Of a DNA stretch of 64,000 nt, positions 37,401-48,034 are shown one piece after another. The notes beneath the pieces were generated by a model. That model saw only the letters and a program-made list of their open reading frames with translations. It ran no database searches and had not been told where the DNA came from. The translations under genes and the position numbers were made by a program. Location of the stretch: the NCBI GenBank assembly GCA_050251875.1, contig JBFWMA010000002.1, positions 128,001-192,000 on the forward strand, read 5' to 3'. The first letter of the stretch is position 1. Each line of letters begins with the position of its first letter. The DNA is from Deferribacterales bacterium (GTDB lineage Bacteria > Chrysiogenota > Deferribacteres > Deferribacterales > Geovibrionaceae).

Positions 37401-37524
37401 CGGCGGCATATAAAATGCCGCCCTACAAAAGGCAGAAACACCAGCCATAAGTAGGGCGGGGTTTTATCGCAAGCGAGGAGCAGAAACACCCGCCACAAGT
37501 AGGGCGGGGTTTTATACCCCGCCG
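37401..37524. repeat. Cluster of GTAG-type REP-like palindromes with an internal direct duplication
   Basis: GTAGGGCGGCATTTTATATGCCGCCG (minus, 37401-37426) and GTAGGGCGGGGTTTTATACCCCGCCG (37499-37524); 36-nt direct repeat at 37432-37467 and 37480-37515. Confidence 0.75.
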
Positions 37525-37559
37525 AAAAAAAAAGAGAATAATTAATAAGGAGATTATAA

Positions 37560-39020
37560 ATGAAACAGAGCATCTATCCGGACAAAGAGACCTTTCTAAG
37601 CCTCGCCGGACAATATGACAGAATCACCGTTTATCGTGAGATAATGGGCGACACGTTCACCATCATCGGTCTTCTGCGGAATTTTTCAGCCGAGAAATAC
37701 ATGTTTCTGCTGGAGAGCGCCAATCTGGACAAGACTTTTTCCAGATTTTCCTTCTTCGGCAACAATCCTAAACGTGTCATCACATTCGAAAACAACACCG
37801 TCACTGAGATTTCCGGAAGCAAAAAGAAGACTTTTTCCATGAACCCCATGACATATATGGGGCAGGAGTTCTACAGCGAAAAAGGATACAACGATGGCAA
37901 ATTCGGCGATTTCTCCGGAGGATACGCCGGGTATTTCTCCTATGAGTCCATCAACTATATGGACATCCTGAAAAAGCCCGTGAAATGCGGTTCAAAGAAC
38001 CGTCTGGTGGGCTTCATGGAAGTGGACGAGTTCTATGTGTTCGACAACCACCTGTCCAAGGTCTACGCCGCCGTAAGCGTCCGCACCGACAACCCCGAGG
38101 AAGCGTATGAAAAAGCGCTGAAACGCACCCAGAAGATGAGTGTGGAGGTGCACAGGCTGAACTTCGATAACTATGATTCCGACACCGACTGCGAACTGGT
38201 TCGCGACATGGAAAAGGACGAGTACATGCGTTGTGTGGAGCAGGTGAGAGAGGAGATAACCAACGGTGAGGCGATTCAGGTTGTTGTGTCCAACGCTTAC
38301 AGGCTGAAGGGCAGGATAAACCCCCTGAGCCTCTACAGAGCCCTGCGCAATATCAACCCCTCGCCCTATATGTTTTATCTGAAATTCGGCGATGATGTCC
38401 TGCTGGGGGCATCACCCGAAATACACCTTAAGATCACCAACAGGGTAGCCACCTTAAAACCCATAGCCGGAACTTATCCCATCACGGATGACATAGAGGC
38501 GGCTAAACAGGCTCTTCTGGCTGATACAAAAGAGTGCGCCGAACACCTGATGCTGCTCGATCTCGCCAGAAACGACCTCTACACCTGCTGTAAGCCGGAG
38601 AGCGTGAAGGTGGTATCAAACTTCATTCCGGAAGTTTACAGCCACGTCATACACATAGTGAGCGAGGTGGAGGGTGTTCTGGAAGACGACAAGAGCCCGC
38701 TGGAGCTCTTCATGAAGAGCTTTCCCGCCGGAACAGTCTCAGGCGCTCCGAAGGTGAGGGCAATGGAGCTGATAGATCAGTATGAAAAATCCGAGCGTGG
38801 ATTTTACGCCGGATGCGTGGGTTACTTCGGCTACAGCGGAAACATGGACTGCTGTATCACCATCAGAAGCGCCTATGTAACACCGAAAGAGACCACACTC
38901 AGAGCCGGAGGAGGAATAGTCTATGACTCAACCCCGGAGAAAGAGTTCAAAGAAGTGGAAAACAAACTGGGCGCTCTTTTCGCCGCCTACAGAAGCATAG
39001 ATTCGCTGGAGGGAAGATAA
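37560..39020 (+). CDS. trpE: Anthranilate synthase component I
   Basis: FLLESA, NPSPYMF, EHLMLLDLARND, FPAGTVSGAPK. Confidence 0.96.
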   Translation: MKQSIYPDKETFLSLAGQYDRITVYREIMGDTFTIIGLLRNFSAEKYMFLLESANLDKTFSRFSFFGNNPKRVITFENNTVTEISGSKKKTFSMNPMTYMGQEFYSEKGYNDGKFGDFSGGYAGYFSYESINYMDILKKPVKCGSKNRLVGFMEVDEFYVFDNHLSKVYAAVSVRTDNPEEAYEKALKRTQKMSVEVHRLNFDNYDSDTDCELVRDMEKDEYMRCVEQVREEITNGEAIQVVVSNAYRLKGRINPLSLYRALRNINPSPYMFYLKFGDDVLLGASPEIHLKITNRVATLKPIAGTYPITDDIEAAKQALLADTKECAEHLMLLDLARNDLYTCCKPESVKVVSNFIPEVYSHVIHIVSEVEGVLEDDKSPLELFMKSFPAGTVSGAPKVRAMELIDQYEKSERGFYAGCVGYFGYSGNMDCCITIRSAYVTPKETTLRAGGGIVYDSTPEKEFKEVENKLGALFAAYRSIDSLEGR

Positions 39021-39580
39021 TGTTCTTACTGATAGATAATTACGATTCATTTTCATATAACCTGTTCGCTCTGTTCAGGCTGGCAGGGGCGAAGATAGAC
39101 GTTATCCGCAACACAGAGTTTAAGCCGGCGGACGGGTATAAAGGAATAATCCTTTCACCCGGACCCTCAAGCCCGGAAAATTCAGGCACCACGCTGAAAT
39201 ATCTGGAGATGTACACAGGCAAAATACCCATGATGGGCGTTTGTCTGGGCATGCAGAGCATGGCTTATCATCTGGGATATAAAGTGCGCAAGGCGAAGAC
39301 AGTGATGCACGGCAAGGCGGACGACATCGTGAGCGTGAAACCGTCAAAGATATTCGCAGGTATTCCGGAGACTTTTTCGGCTATCCGCTATCACTCTTTG
39401 GCGGCGGACGTGCCGGACAGCATCAAGATAGCCGTGGCAAAATCAGACGGCGAGTGCATGGGCATGGAGGACGAGGCTAACAAGCTCTATGGAGTGCAGT
39501 TTCACCCTGAGTCTATCCTCAGCGGATACGGGGACGTAATGGCTAAAAACTTTATGAATATATGCGGAGTGACAAAATGA
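39020..39580 (+). CDS. trpG: Anthranilate synthase component II
   Basis: IDNYDSF, SPGP, GVCLGMQ, RYHSL, QFHPES. Confidence 0.95.
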   Translation: MFLLIDNYDSFSYNLFALFRLAGAKIDVIRNTEFKPADGYKGIILSPGPSSPENSGTTLKYLEMYTGKIPMMGVCLGMQSMAYHLGYKVRKAKTVMHGKADDIVSVKPSKIFAGIPETFSAIRYHSLAADVPDSIKIAVAKSDGECMGMEDEANKLYGVQFHPESILSGYGDVMAKNFMNICGVTK

Positions 39581-40563
39581 GCGCAGATATAATCAAAAAA
39601 ACAGGGATGGGCGAAAGCCTGAATTTTGAGGAGACTTACAGCGTTTTCATCGACATGATGGAAGGAAAGCTGGAAGAGGCGGAGATAGCCTCTATCCTGA
39701 TCTCCATGCGCCTCAGAGGCGAGACGGTGGAAGAAATAGCGGGCGCCGCCCGTGCCATGAACGAGAAAAAGATCGTTTTCGAAACAGATATGCCCGTGTA
39801 TGACACATGCGGAACAGGCGGCAGCGGCAAGAGCACCATGAACGTGTCCTCCGCCGTGGCGGTGCTTCTTTCCGCCATGGATTATCCAGTGGTGAAACAC
39901 GGTAACAGAGCCGTGAGCGGCGTGGTCGGCTCAGCCGATATGTACGAGATGTGCGGAGTGCCTGTGAACAGCGACAAGGAACAGATGACCGCCTATTTCA
40001 AAAAGAATAATTTCGCTTTTCTCTTCGCCCCGATGTACCATCCGGCGCTGAAATACGCAGGAGCCGTGCGAAAGAAGCTGAGAGTACCCACTATGTTCAA
40101 CTTTCTCGGACCGCTCGCCAACCCGGCGAACATCGGCGGACAGATAGTCGGTATGCCTTTCAGGGACAAGCTGGCTATTCTGGCGGAGAGTCTTCTCCTT
40201 CTGGGGCGTGACAAGGTGGCTATCTATTCGTCTCTGGACGGATACGATGAGATATCATCATTCTCGCCCACAGAGATACACGAGGTCACAGGCGGCAGGA
40301 TAATCAAGCATTACATCAATCCTTCAGAATTTTTCATGCCTTTTCAGATGCCTGTGGTAAAAACATCTGAAGATGCTGTAAAATTTTTCAACGCCGCAAT
40401 ATCGCCTGACGGCGGAAACTATTCCAAGCTGGTGGCGCTGAACGCCGGGCTGGCTCTGGCTGTTTTCGAAAAGGCGGACAGCGTGAAGGACGGCTATGGA
40501 ATGGCTATGGAAGCCATACAGAGCGGAAAAGTTCTGGAAAAACTGAACAGCTTAAAAGGATAA
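39577..40563 (+). CDS. trpD: Anthranilate phosphoribosyltransferase
   Basis: DTCGTGG, KHGNRA, FNFLGPL.NP, DGYDEIS; start at the ATGA overlap with trpG. Confidence 0.95.
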   Translation: MSADIIKKTGMGESLNFEETYSVFIDMMEGKLEEAEIASILISMRLRGETVEEIAGAARAMNEKKIVFETDMPVYDTCGTGGSGKSTMNVSSAVAVLLSAMDYPVVKHGNRAVSGVVGSADMYEMCGVPVNSDKEQMTAYFKKNNFAFLFAPMYHPALKYAGAVRKKLRVPTMFNFLGPLANPANIGGQIVGMPFRDKLAILAESLLLLGRDKVAIYSSLDGYDEISSFSPTEIHEVTGGRIIKHYINPSEFFMPFQMPVVKTSEDAVKFFNAAISPDGGNYSKLVALNAGLALAVFEKADSVKDGYGMAMEAIQSGKVLEKLNSLKG

Positions 40564-40565
40564 AC

Positions 40566-41318
40566 ATGTCTGTACTGGATAAAATATTAACCCACAAAAG
40601 AGAAGAGATAAAGACGCTGACCGTGCCTGATATGGAGCGTTCTAAACCGGTGCTGGATTTCAAAGCGTCTCTGACGGCAAAGCCCTTTATCTGCGAAGTA
40701 AAAAAAGCGTCTCCTACACTGGGCGACATCAACACAGGCGCTGACCCTGTGGAGGTGGCGGCAGGCTATGATAGGTTCGGGGCGGGAGCGGTGAGCGTTC
40801 TGACTGACGCCGAGTTTTTTAAAGGCAGTTTTCAGTTTTTGCGTGATGTTGCGCAGAAGATAAATATCCCTGTGCTGTGCAAAGACTTCATCATATCTGA
40901 GAAACAGATAGATGTAGCGTATATCTATGGGGCGGATGCCGTGCTTCTGATGGCTACAGCTCTTTCCGCTGAGGAATACGCCCGCCTGAACAGCTATGCC
41001 AGGTCAAAGGGGCTGGCGGTGCTGACGGAGATTCACGAGGCGGAGGAATATGAGATAGTGAGGGCGGAGAACCCCGACATAGTGGGAGTGAACGCCAGAA
41101 ATCTTAAGACGCTTAAAATAGATAAGGATAAGGCGGCTGAGATAATAGAAAAACTCCCCTCGAAGCACTTTAAGGTGGCGGAGAGCGGGATGGGGTGCGC
41201 CGCCGATGTGCGCCTGATGAAGGTGGCGGGAGCATCTGCCTTCCTCGTTGGTTCCAGCCTGATGTCCGCTGATGACCCTGAGGCTGTTTTTGCGGATATG
41301 AGCAGAGGGCTGAAATAA
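40566..41318 (+). CDS. trpC: Indole-3-glycerol-phosphate synthase
   Basis: EVKKASP, SVLTD..FF.GS, LCKDFII, GVNARNL, VAESG. Confidence 0.95.
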   Translation: MSVLDKILTHKREEIKTLTVPDMERSKPVLDFKASLTAKPFICEVKKASPTLGDINTGADPVEVAAGYDRFGAGAVSVLTDAEFFKGSFQFLRDVAQKINIPVLCKDFIISEKQIDVAYIYGADAVLLMATALSAEEYARLNSYARSKGLAVLTEIHEAEEYEIVRAENPDIVGVNARNLKTLKIDKDKAAEIIEKLPSKHFKVAESGMGCAADVRLMKVAGASAFLVGSSLMSADDPEAVFADMSRGLK

Positions 41319-41845
41319 TGTTCGTGAAGATATGCGGGATAAAAAACATAGAGACCGCCGAAAAGGTGATTGAGCTGGGCGGGGACTGCGTGGGTTTTGT
41401 GGCGCATAAAAAGAGCAAGAGATACATCACCCCGGAAGAGGCGGAAAAGATCGTGAGCGCCGTAAAAGGCAGAGCGGTCACCGTGGCGGTGGGTGTGTCA
41501 GCCGATGAGTGCGTGGATTACGGATTCTGCGACTATATTCAGGCGGATGACGCATGCCGTTCAGAGCGGGATATCCTCTGCGGATACGCTGAACCTGCTG
41601 GTATTTTTAAATATTTTTTATATGACAAAAGCAGGGGCGAGGGAGTTTTCTCTGAATATCCCGACTGGATAGAAGAATACAGAGACAGGCTGATTCTGGC
41701 TGGAGGTCTGACACCGGAGAACGTGGCGGACGTTGTGAAGCGATGGCGTCCTTTCGGTGTGGACGTTTCAAGCGGTGTGGAGACAGAAGGAATAAAAGAT
41801 TTTGAAAAGATAAAAAGATTCATATATGAGGCGAAAAATGGATAA
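41318..41845 (+). CDS. trpF: Phosphoribosylanthranilate isomerase
   Basis: [26 protein letters not shown]. Confidence 0.93.
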   Translation: MFVKICGIKNIETAEKVIELGGDCVGFVAHKKSKRYITPEEAEKIVSAVKGRAVTVAVGVSADECVDYGFCDYIQADDACRSERDILCGYAEPAGIFKYFLYDKSRGEGVFSEYPDWIEEYRDRLILAGGLTPENVADVVKRWRPFGVDVSSGVETEGIKDFEKIKRFIYEAKNG

Positions 41846-43004
41846 AAAGATGTTTTTCGGAAAATACGGCGGACAGTTCGTCCCCGAAACGCTGATACCC
41901 GCTCTGGATGAACTGGAGATGTGGTACAACAAACTGAAATATGACAAAAAATTCAACGAGGAGCTGAACGCTCTGTTCACATCCTATGCCGGAAGACCCA
42001 CTCCGGTGTATAAGGCGGAAAATCTGTCGAAAGAGCTGGGGTGCGAGCTTTATCTGAAGCGTGAGGATCTGATGCACACAGGCGCTCACAAGGTGAACAA
42101 CACTCTGGGGCAGGCTCTGGTTACGAAATATATGGGTAAAAAACGCGTGATAGCCGAGACCGGAGCCGGACAGCACGGTGTGGCAACAGCCACCGCGGCG
42201 GCGCTTTTCGGCATGGAGTGCACGGTATTCATGGGCGAGGTGGACGCCAGACGTCAGGAGCCCAATGTTAAGCGTATGCAGCTTCTGGGCGCTGAGGTTG
42301 TGCGTGTTCAGGACGGACAGCGCACGCTGAAAGACGCTACAAACGCCGCTCTGCGTGAGTGGGTTGCCAGCGTTGAGACCACGCACTATATCATCGGAAG
42401 CATTGTGGGTCCTTATCCTTTTCCGGAGATGGTGGCATATTTTCAGTCTGTCATAGGAAAAGAGGCTAAGGTTCAGTGCAAGGAGCTGGGGTTCGATCCG
42501 GACTGCGTTGTGGCCTGCGTTGGCGGCGGAAGCAACGCTATAGGCATCTTTCAAGGATTTCTGGGCAATGAAAATATAGAGATTTTCGGCGTGGAGGCGG
42601 GCGGTGTGTCCGACAGAGACGGCGAGCATGCCAGAACCATAGGAATGGGCAAACCGGGGATACTCCACGGAGCTTTTTCATATCTGGTGCAGACACCCCA
42701 GTATCAGGTGGCGGACGTACACTCTATTTCGGCGGGGCTGGACTATCCGGGTATCGGACCTGTGCATGCCATGCTGAATGATTCCGGCAGGGTCACATAC
42801 GGATATGTCAGAGATGACGAGGCGCTGAACGCTTTTCAGACGCTCACCAGAAAAGAGGGAATAATCCCCGCTCTGGAATCGAGCCACGCTCTGGCGTATG
42901 TGATAGAGAATAAAGAAATTTTCAAAGGGAAAAAAGTCCTGGTAAATCTGTCCGGCAGAGGCGACAAGGACATGGAAGCCATTCTCGCAAGGGGGCTGGT
43001 ATGA
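41838..43004 (+). CDS. trpB: Tryptophan synthase beta chain
   Basis: [46 protein letters not shown]. Confidence 0.97.
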   Translation: MDKKMFFGKYGGQFVPETLIPALDELEMWYNKLKYDKKFNEELNALFTSYAGRPTPVYKAENLSKELGCELYLKREDLMHTGAHKVNNTLGQALVTKYMGKKRVIAETGAGQHGVATATAAALFGMECTVFMGEVDARRQEPNVKRMQLLGAEVVRVQDGQRTLKDATNAALREWVASVETTHYIIGSIVGPYPFPEMVAYFQSVIGKEAKVQCKELGFDPDCVVACVGGGSNAIGIFQGFLGNENIEIFGVEAGGVSDRDGEHARTIGMGKPGILHGAFSYLVQTPQYQVADVHSISAGLDYPGIGPVHAMLNDSGRVTYGYVRDDEALNAFQTLTRKEGIIPALESSHALAYVIENKEIFKGKKVLVNLSGRGDKDMEAILARGLV

Positions 43005-43699
43005 GAGGATTTTACATAGTCGGCGGATATCCCGACAGACAGCAGTTCAAAAAATGCCTGAGGCTCATCGCCGAATCGGGATTTGAATTTGTGGAGATAG
43101 GCATCCCCTTCAGCGAGCCTGTGGCTGACGGACCTGTGATAGCGTCCGCAATCCACGAGGCAGTGATGAGCGGTGTGGACATCGATGCCATCATGGCGGA
43201 TGTCAGAGAGATGAAGGCGGAGTTTCCGGCTGTCAAGGCTATCGTGATGACCTATGCCAATATCATCCACGGATACGGCGAAAAACGTTTTTCCGATGAT
43301 TTCAGAGATATTTTAAGCGGAGTAATCATTCCCGATCTGCCCACCAGAATGCACTACTGGATGACGGAGAAAGGACTCGATATCCCGATAGTTCCCTTCG
43401 TGACACCCGTGTCCAGAGATGAGGACATAGAGACCATAAAGGACACCAAAGCTCCTTTCGTTTACTATATAAGCATTATGGGCGTGACAGGATCGAACAA
43501 AGAGAAGAGGGCGGACGACAGACCAGACAAGGCGGCGAAGCTGACCGGAAAAACTGTTGTCACCGGATTCGGGATAAAAACGCCTGATGACGCTAAAAAG
43601 GCTCTGGATGCCACCGGAGGATATATCATCGGCACAGAGGCTGTGAAAAGGCAGAAGGATTATGCTGACTTTTCTCAGTACATAAAGCAGTTTGCGTGA
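43001..43699 (+). CDS. trpA: Tryptophan synthase alpha chain
   Basis: [32 protein letters not shown]. Confidence 0.95.
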   Translation: MRGFYIVGGYPDRQQFKKCLRLIAESGFEFVEIGIPFSEPVADGPVIASAIHEAVMSGVDIDAIMADVREMKAEFPAVKAIVMTYANIIHGYGEKRFSDDFRDILSGVIIPDLPTRMHYWMTEKGLDIPIVPFVTPVSRDEDIETIKDTKAPFVYYISIMGVTGSNKEKRADDRPDKAAKLTGKTVVTGFGIKTPDDAKKALDATGGYIIGTEAVKRQKDYADFSQYIKQFA

Positions 43700-43809
43700 G
43701 AATTGTTTATCAGCAGAATTAATGTTTTAAGTTATTCTATCTTTTTATGAACAGAATGTATTATCAGTAAGCTATAGAGACCTTCAGAATGATTTATTCG
43801 GAGGTCTCT

Positions 43810-45123
43810 ATGAAGTTTTCCAGAAGAGAGGTTTTGAGAACCAGTCTGGTTCTGGGCACAGGTCTTTCCCTCGGTCTGACGGGATGCGGAGGCTCGGGAG
43901 GAGACGGATCGGCTAAGACCGCGTCACGTTTCGCTGTTCTTTCTGATCCCCACGTTTATGACACATCACTGGGCACATCCGGCTCAGCTTTTGAGGATTA
44001 TCTGGCGCATGACCGCAAGATGCTCGCCGAGAGTGTCGAGATTATGGAAGCCATGGTGGACGAGATAATCGCCGCCGGTGTGGATTTTGTACTGATCTGC
44101 GGCGACCTCACAAAAGACGGGGAGAAAGTGTCCCATCTGAAGATGGTGTCTATGCTGAACCGGTTTATCGGAGCGGGCATAGGCGTGTATGTGATCCCCG
44201 GCAACCACGATATAAACAACCCTCACGCCATGTCGTTCAACGGCAGCTCGTCCTCATCTGTGGACAGTGTTACGCCGTCTGTATTCGAGAACATTTACGA
44301 AGACTGCGGGTATTCGAAATGCATAGCCAGAGACCCGAATTCTCTCAGCTATATAGCGGAGCCTGTCATCGGTGTGTGGCTCTTTGCCATCGATTCCTGC
44401 AAATATGACAACAACACCACATCTCCCGACACCACAGGAGAGATAGGCGCAGAGACCCTCACATGGATACTGGGATATATGGCTAAGGCGCAGGCAAGAG
44501 GCAAAAAGGTCATGGGGATGATGCATCACGGCATAATACCTCATTTCGCCGCCCAGACAACGTTCTTTCCCGAATATGTAGTGGATGAGTATCTGACCGT
44601 GGGCGGAGCGCTCGCCAATGCCGGGCTGAAGATCATGTTCACAGGACATTTTCATGCTCAGGATATCATCAAGTCCACATACTCCAACGGATTTCTCTAT
44701 GACGTGGAGACCGGATCAGGCGTTACCGCTCCCAGTCCATACAGGGTAATCGATCTGGATATTGTTACAGAGACTTACGATATCGCCAGCTATGAGATTC
44801 ACTCTATCCCTTCCAAGGCTGATTTCGATACTTATAAAGAGGATTTTGTAGAGCAGGGTATGCTGGAACTTTATACGGATATTCTGCCGTCATACGGCAT
44901 CGATCCGGCTGTGGCTCCGGCAGCCGCAGAGATTCATGTGGCTCACTATAAAGGTGACGAGCCGGGATACACAAGCATGAGCGCCACAACTCAGGGGATT
45001 ATAACGGCTCTTCTGGGCGGGGGCGCAGGCGAGGTGGCTCTGGCATATGCTCTGATAGATTTTGCCAAGGACAACATGGCAACAACGCTGGTGGCAGACA
45101 ACAACATTACATTGTCGCTATAA
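43810..45123 (+). CDS. Tat-exported lipoprotein metallophosphoesterase (calcineurin-like)
   Basis: SRREVL Tat motif plus lipobox LTGC; SDPH, GDLT.DG, PGNHD, MHH, GHFH. Confidence 0.88.
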   Translation: MKFSRREVLRTSLVLGTGLSLGLTGCGGSGGDGSAKTASRFAVLSDPHVYDTSLGTSGSAFEDYLAHDRKMLAESVEIMEAMVDEIIAAGVDFVLICGDLTKDGEKVSHLKMVSMLNRFIGAGIGVYVIPGNHDINNPHAMSFNGSSSSSVDSVTPSVFENIYEDCGYSKCIARDPNSLSYIAEPVIGVWLFAIDSCKYDNNTTSPDTTGEIGAETLTWILGYMAKAQARGKKVMGMMHHGIIPHFAAQTTFFPEYVVDEYLTVGGALANAGLKIMFTGHFHAQDIIKSTYSNGFLYDVETGSGVTAPSPYRVIDLDIVTETYDIASYEIHSIPSKADFDTYKEDFVEQGMLELYTDILPSYGIDPAVAPAAAEIHVAHYKGDEPGYTSMSATTQGIITALLGGGAGEVALAYALIDFAKDNMATTLVADNNITLSL

Positions 45124-45125
45124 AC

Positions 45126-45157
45126 AAAAAAAGGTCACTGAAAAGTGACCTTTTTTA
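45126..45157. terminator. Bidirectional terminator
   Basis: A7-GGTCACT-GAAA-AGTGACC-T6. Confidence 0.85.
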
Positions 45158-45610
45158 CTATTCCAGCTCAATTTTCTTGATATCCGGGTCAAGCGAGTTG
45201 ATAATCTTGTCCAGCGTTTCGAGGATGCTTTTCAGATCCTCGGGAGTCAGCTTGTTTTTGTCAAAAAAACAGTCGTTGTCCATTTTCTTTGTCAGCTGAG
45301 CTGTGTAGCTGATCCCTTCCTCGGTCGCTTCCAGATAGATGGTGCGTCTGTCGGTCTCGGTCTTTGTCCTTTTGACAAGACCTTTTGCCTCCAGCCTGTC
45401 TACAATGCCTGTGAGGGCGCTGTTGTTCAGATTGACAGATTTTGTCAGCTCTGTCAGGTTCAGAGACTTGCGGTTAGTTATCTCATGAAGGCACAGCATC
45501 TGCGGAAGAGTTACATTATACTGCTTGTCGAGGTGCTTGGAATACTTGTCCAGAAAGCGTGACAGCTTTCTGATCTGTACGATAGTTTGCATGCAGGTAT
45601 TCTTGTTCAT
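45158..45610 (-). CDS. MarR-family regulator
   Basis: VTLPQ..CL..I, LTELT..V.L..SALTGIVDRLE.KGLV.R..DRR; promoter TTGATT-N17-TATTAT at 45663-45635. Confidence 0.9.
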   Translation of the reverse strand: MNKNTCMQTIVQIRKLSRFLDKYSKHLDKQYNVTLPQMLCLHEITNRKSLNLTELTKSVNLNNSALTGIVDRLEAKGLVKRTKTETDRRTIYLEATEEGISYTAQLTKKMDNDCFFDKNKLTPEDLKSILETLDKIINSLDPDIKKIELE

Positions 45611-45725
45611 ATTACCCACCATAAAAGATGCAGAATAATAGATGAAATTTGAGCGAAAATCAATGGGGACTATTCGTAAATAGCCTTAAAATTAAAAAAA
45701 ATTTGATAAAGAAATGAAACGCGGA

Positions 45726-46136
45726 CTATTGACAGTCCGAACATTTGCCGTATGTAGTGATCTTGCATCCTATAATATTCCTGCCTGAAAGTGAAGAAAT
45801 TTTTTCCTCAAATTCGGCAGTCTCAATCATAAGATCCTCTACCTTTCCGCATTGTTCGCAGATGTGGTGGATGTGCGGGCGTATATTTATCTCGTACATA
45901 GTTTTTTTGCCTTCTATGCCCAGCTCGCTGACCATCCCGGCGTCTATCATGGCGTGGATGTTTTTATACACTGTCGCCAGAGAGAGAGAGGTGATCTTTT
46001 TCTTCAGGCGGGCGTAGAGGGTGTCTATGTCGATGTGCCCCGCATCGATAATTTCCGAGCAGATGAGCAGTCTTTGCGCAGTGGCTCTCAGCCCGTGCGA
46101 CCTCAGCATGTGTTCCAGATTATATGACTTGTTCAT
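45726..46136 (-). CDS. Fur/PerR-family regulator
   Basis: GLRAT.QR, GHID, SLATVYKN, PHIHHICEQCG, C-terminal CSDC. Confidence 0.92.
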   Translation of the reverse strand: MNKSYNLEHMLRSHGLRATAQRLLICSEIIDAGHIDIDTLYARLKKKITSLSLATVYKNIHAMIDAGMVSELGIEGKKTMYEINIRPHIHHICEQCGKVEDLMIETAEFEEKISSLSGRNIIGCKITTYGKCSDCQ

Positions 46137-46200
46137 ACTGAATAATATGAAATCAGACCAAATTTGTCAACTATAAAATAACGTGATGCCATAAATGCGC

Positions 46201-47151
46201 CTACTTGATAAAACCTTTTTCTTTCCAGAACCTTAATGCTCCGGGATGAAAAGGTGTGGTTATATTCATCATCATTTCTTTAGACATCATATTCTTAGCG
46301 GAGCTGTGCTGTGAGTATAGGTATTTCACGCTCTCGTCTGAATATATTTTTTTCAGGATGAAGTAGACATCTTCATCCGGCACTTTATTGTTTGCTACCA
46401 GAATAGCGGCTCCTGAAAGTGTGTTGACTGATTTTGTTATGGTGCTGTATGTGTCTGCCGGAATGGTGAATGTTCTGATAAAGGGGTATCTCTCCGTGAG
46501 CCTGTGAATCTCTATGTCACGGGACAGATCGAGAAGACGGATATTTTTGGTTTCCTCGGCTTCTGCGACTGTGGCGTTCGGCGCTCCGGCATATATCCAT
46601 AGGGCGTCTATCAGTTTGTTGTTGAAAGCTCCCAGAGCGTTTCTGTAGCCTATATAATATTTTGTGACACCGCTCCATACTCCTGCGGCGGAGAGCAGTC
46701 TTTCTGCATTGGACGCTGAGCCGGAGCCTATCCCGCCCACTGCCACACGTTTTCCTTTCAGGTCGTTCAGGGTGTATATTCCGGAATCTTTTCTGACGAT
46801 GATCTGCACAGGGGCATAGTAGAGAAAACCGATATAGCGAACGTTCTTATATCTGAAATTATCGCCGCGCAGCTCACCTTTGTTCGCCTGATATACATCC
46901 TCAGTATATACAATTCCAAACTCGGCGGCTCCGCTGTCTACCATTCTGATGTTGTCGATGGAACCTTTGGACGCAACGGCTGTGATTTTTACATCGTCTT
47001 TTTTCAGAATGTTGGAGATGGCGTTGGCATAGAACATGAAAGTTCCGCCTGACGGTCCTCCGCAAAAAATGTGCTCGTATTTTCCGGCATGAGCGACTGC
47101 GTTAGATAAGAAGGCAGATATAAACAATAGTGTAATAAAATAATGCTTCAT
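46201..47151 (-). CDS. TAXI-family TRAP solute receptor (orphan)
   Basis: GGPSGGTF, SKGSIDNI, DLKGKRVAVG..GSGS, PFHPGALRFWKEKG; start set at MKHYF. Confidence 0.88.
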   Translation of the reverse strand: MKHYFITLLFISAFLSNAVAHAGKYEHIFCGGPSGGTFMFYANAISNILKKDDVKITAVASKGSIDNIRMVDSGAAEFGIVYTEDVYQANKGELRGDNFRYKNVRYIGFLYYAPVQIIVRKDSGIYTLNDLKGKRVAVGGIGSGSASNAERLLSAAGVWSGVTKYYIGYRNALGAFNNKLIDALWIYAGAPNATVAEAEETKNIRLLDLSRDIEIHRLTERYPFIRTFTIPADTYSTITKSVNTLSGAAILVANNKVPDEDVYFILKKIYSDESVKYLYSQHSSAKNMMSKEMMMNITTPFHPGALRFWKEKGFIK

Positions 47152-47225
47152 GAGAGATGCTAGCATTTCAGAGTTATAAAATCAAGAATAGTAATTATAA
47201 TTGGAGAAAAAATCTTACAGATTAA

Positions 47226-47978
47226 TTATCTGTCAGTATTGAAAAATAGACAAAACTTATCCATGAGTTTTGATACACATTTATAATTGTCTATATATGT
47301 CTCAGCACAGTGAAGCATTATTCTCTCAGCCTCTTGTCCACCGTATGCCGTGTCGCCTGAAATTGGATATCCGAGATGCGCTAAAGTCGCTCTGATCTGG
47401 TGTCTGGAGGCTGTGACTATTTCTGCTCTGACCAGCGAGAGTGTCCCTCTCACCGCCACGGGGGAGAATATGGTCAAGTTTCCACCATGATCGCCTATGA
47501 TTCTAACGTGTTTTCTGTGTGATGAGTCTATCAGCAGATCGCATGTCACGCTTTTTTCAAATACGCCGTCCACCACGGCGAGATATATCTTTTTGATATT
47601 TTTCGGGGTATATCCGTTTCTGACAGCCGCCATCACGCCGTCCGTGGAATAATCCAGTCTGGAAATCAGGGAATAATCCGGAAAAAACTTAGAAACTATA
47701 TCCTGCATAGTCACCGGATCGTCCAGCCTGTGGCGTTCGGAATGCATGAAGACGGGCTTATCAAAGAAGACCACATCGTCATACGCCGCAATAAGATAGT
47801 CGGCGGGATCGGGAATATTTTCTGTCAGGTTTTTGTTAAGCGTCAGCTCGCCCTCAGAAGCCTCTGAGTCCTTTTTCACACGAGCACCGTCCAGAAAAAC
47901 AGCGCCTTCATGGATATATTCCTTTGCACTTCTGACGGATATATTGTATTTTTCTGCTAACTTTTTAGAAAATTTCAT
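47226..47978 (-). CDS. RluA/C/D-family pseudouridine synthase with S4-like N-terminus
   Basis: FFDKP, SRLDYSTDG (catalytic Asp), K.YLA.V.G, RHQIR, GYPISGD..YG, MLH. Confidence 0.85.
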   Translation of the reverse strand: MKFSKKLAEKYNISVRSAKEYIHEGAVFLDGARVKKDSEASEGELTLNKNLTENIPDPADYLIAAYDDVVFFDKPVFMHSERHRLDDPVTMQDIVSKFFPDYSLISRLDYSTDGVMAAVRNGYTPKNIKKIYLAVVDGVFEKSVTCDLLIDSSHRKHVRIIGDHGGNLTIFSPVAVRGTLSLVRAEIVTASRHQIRATLAHLGYPISGDTAYGGQEAERIMLHCAETYIDNYKCVSKLMDKFCLFFNTDR

Positions 47979-48034
47979 ATATCTTAATCGCACAGGCTAT
48001 ATTTTTTTTCAAGATTTATGATATAAGGACTGTT

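Noticed and set aside
37432..37515. 36-nt direct repeat as a possible mini-CRISPR
   Set aside because: Only two copies with a 12-nt gap, the unit contains a REP-like GTAG motif, and there are no cas genes.
37352..37573. 73-aa minus-strand ORF with repeated KTPPYLW
   Set aside because: The repeat is just the translation of the REP-like duplication, antisense to the trp leader.
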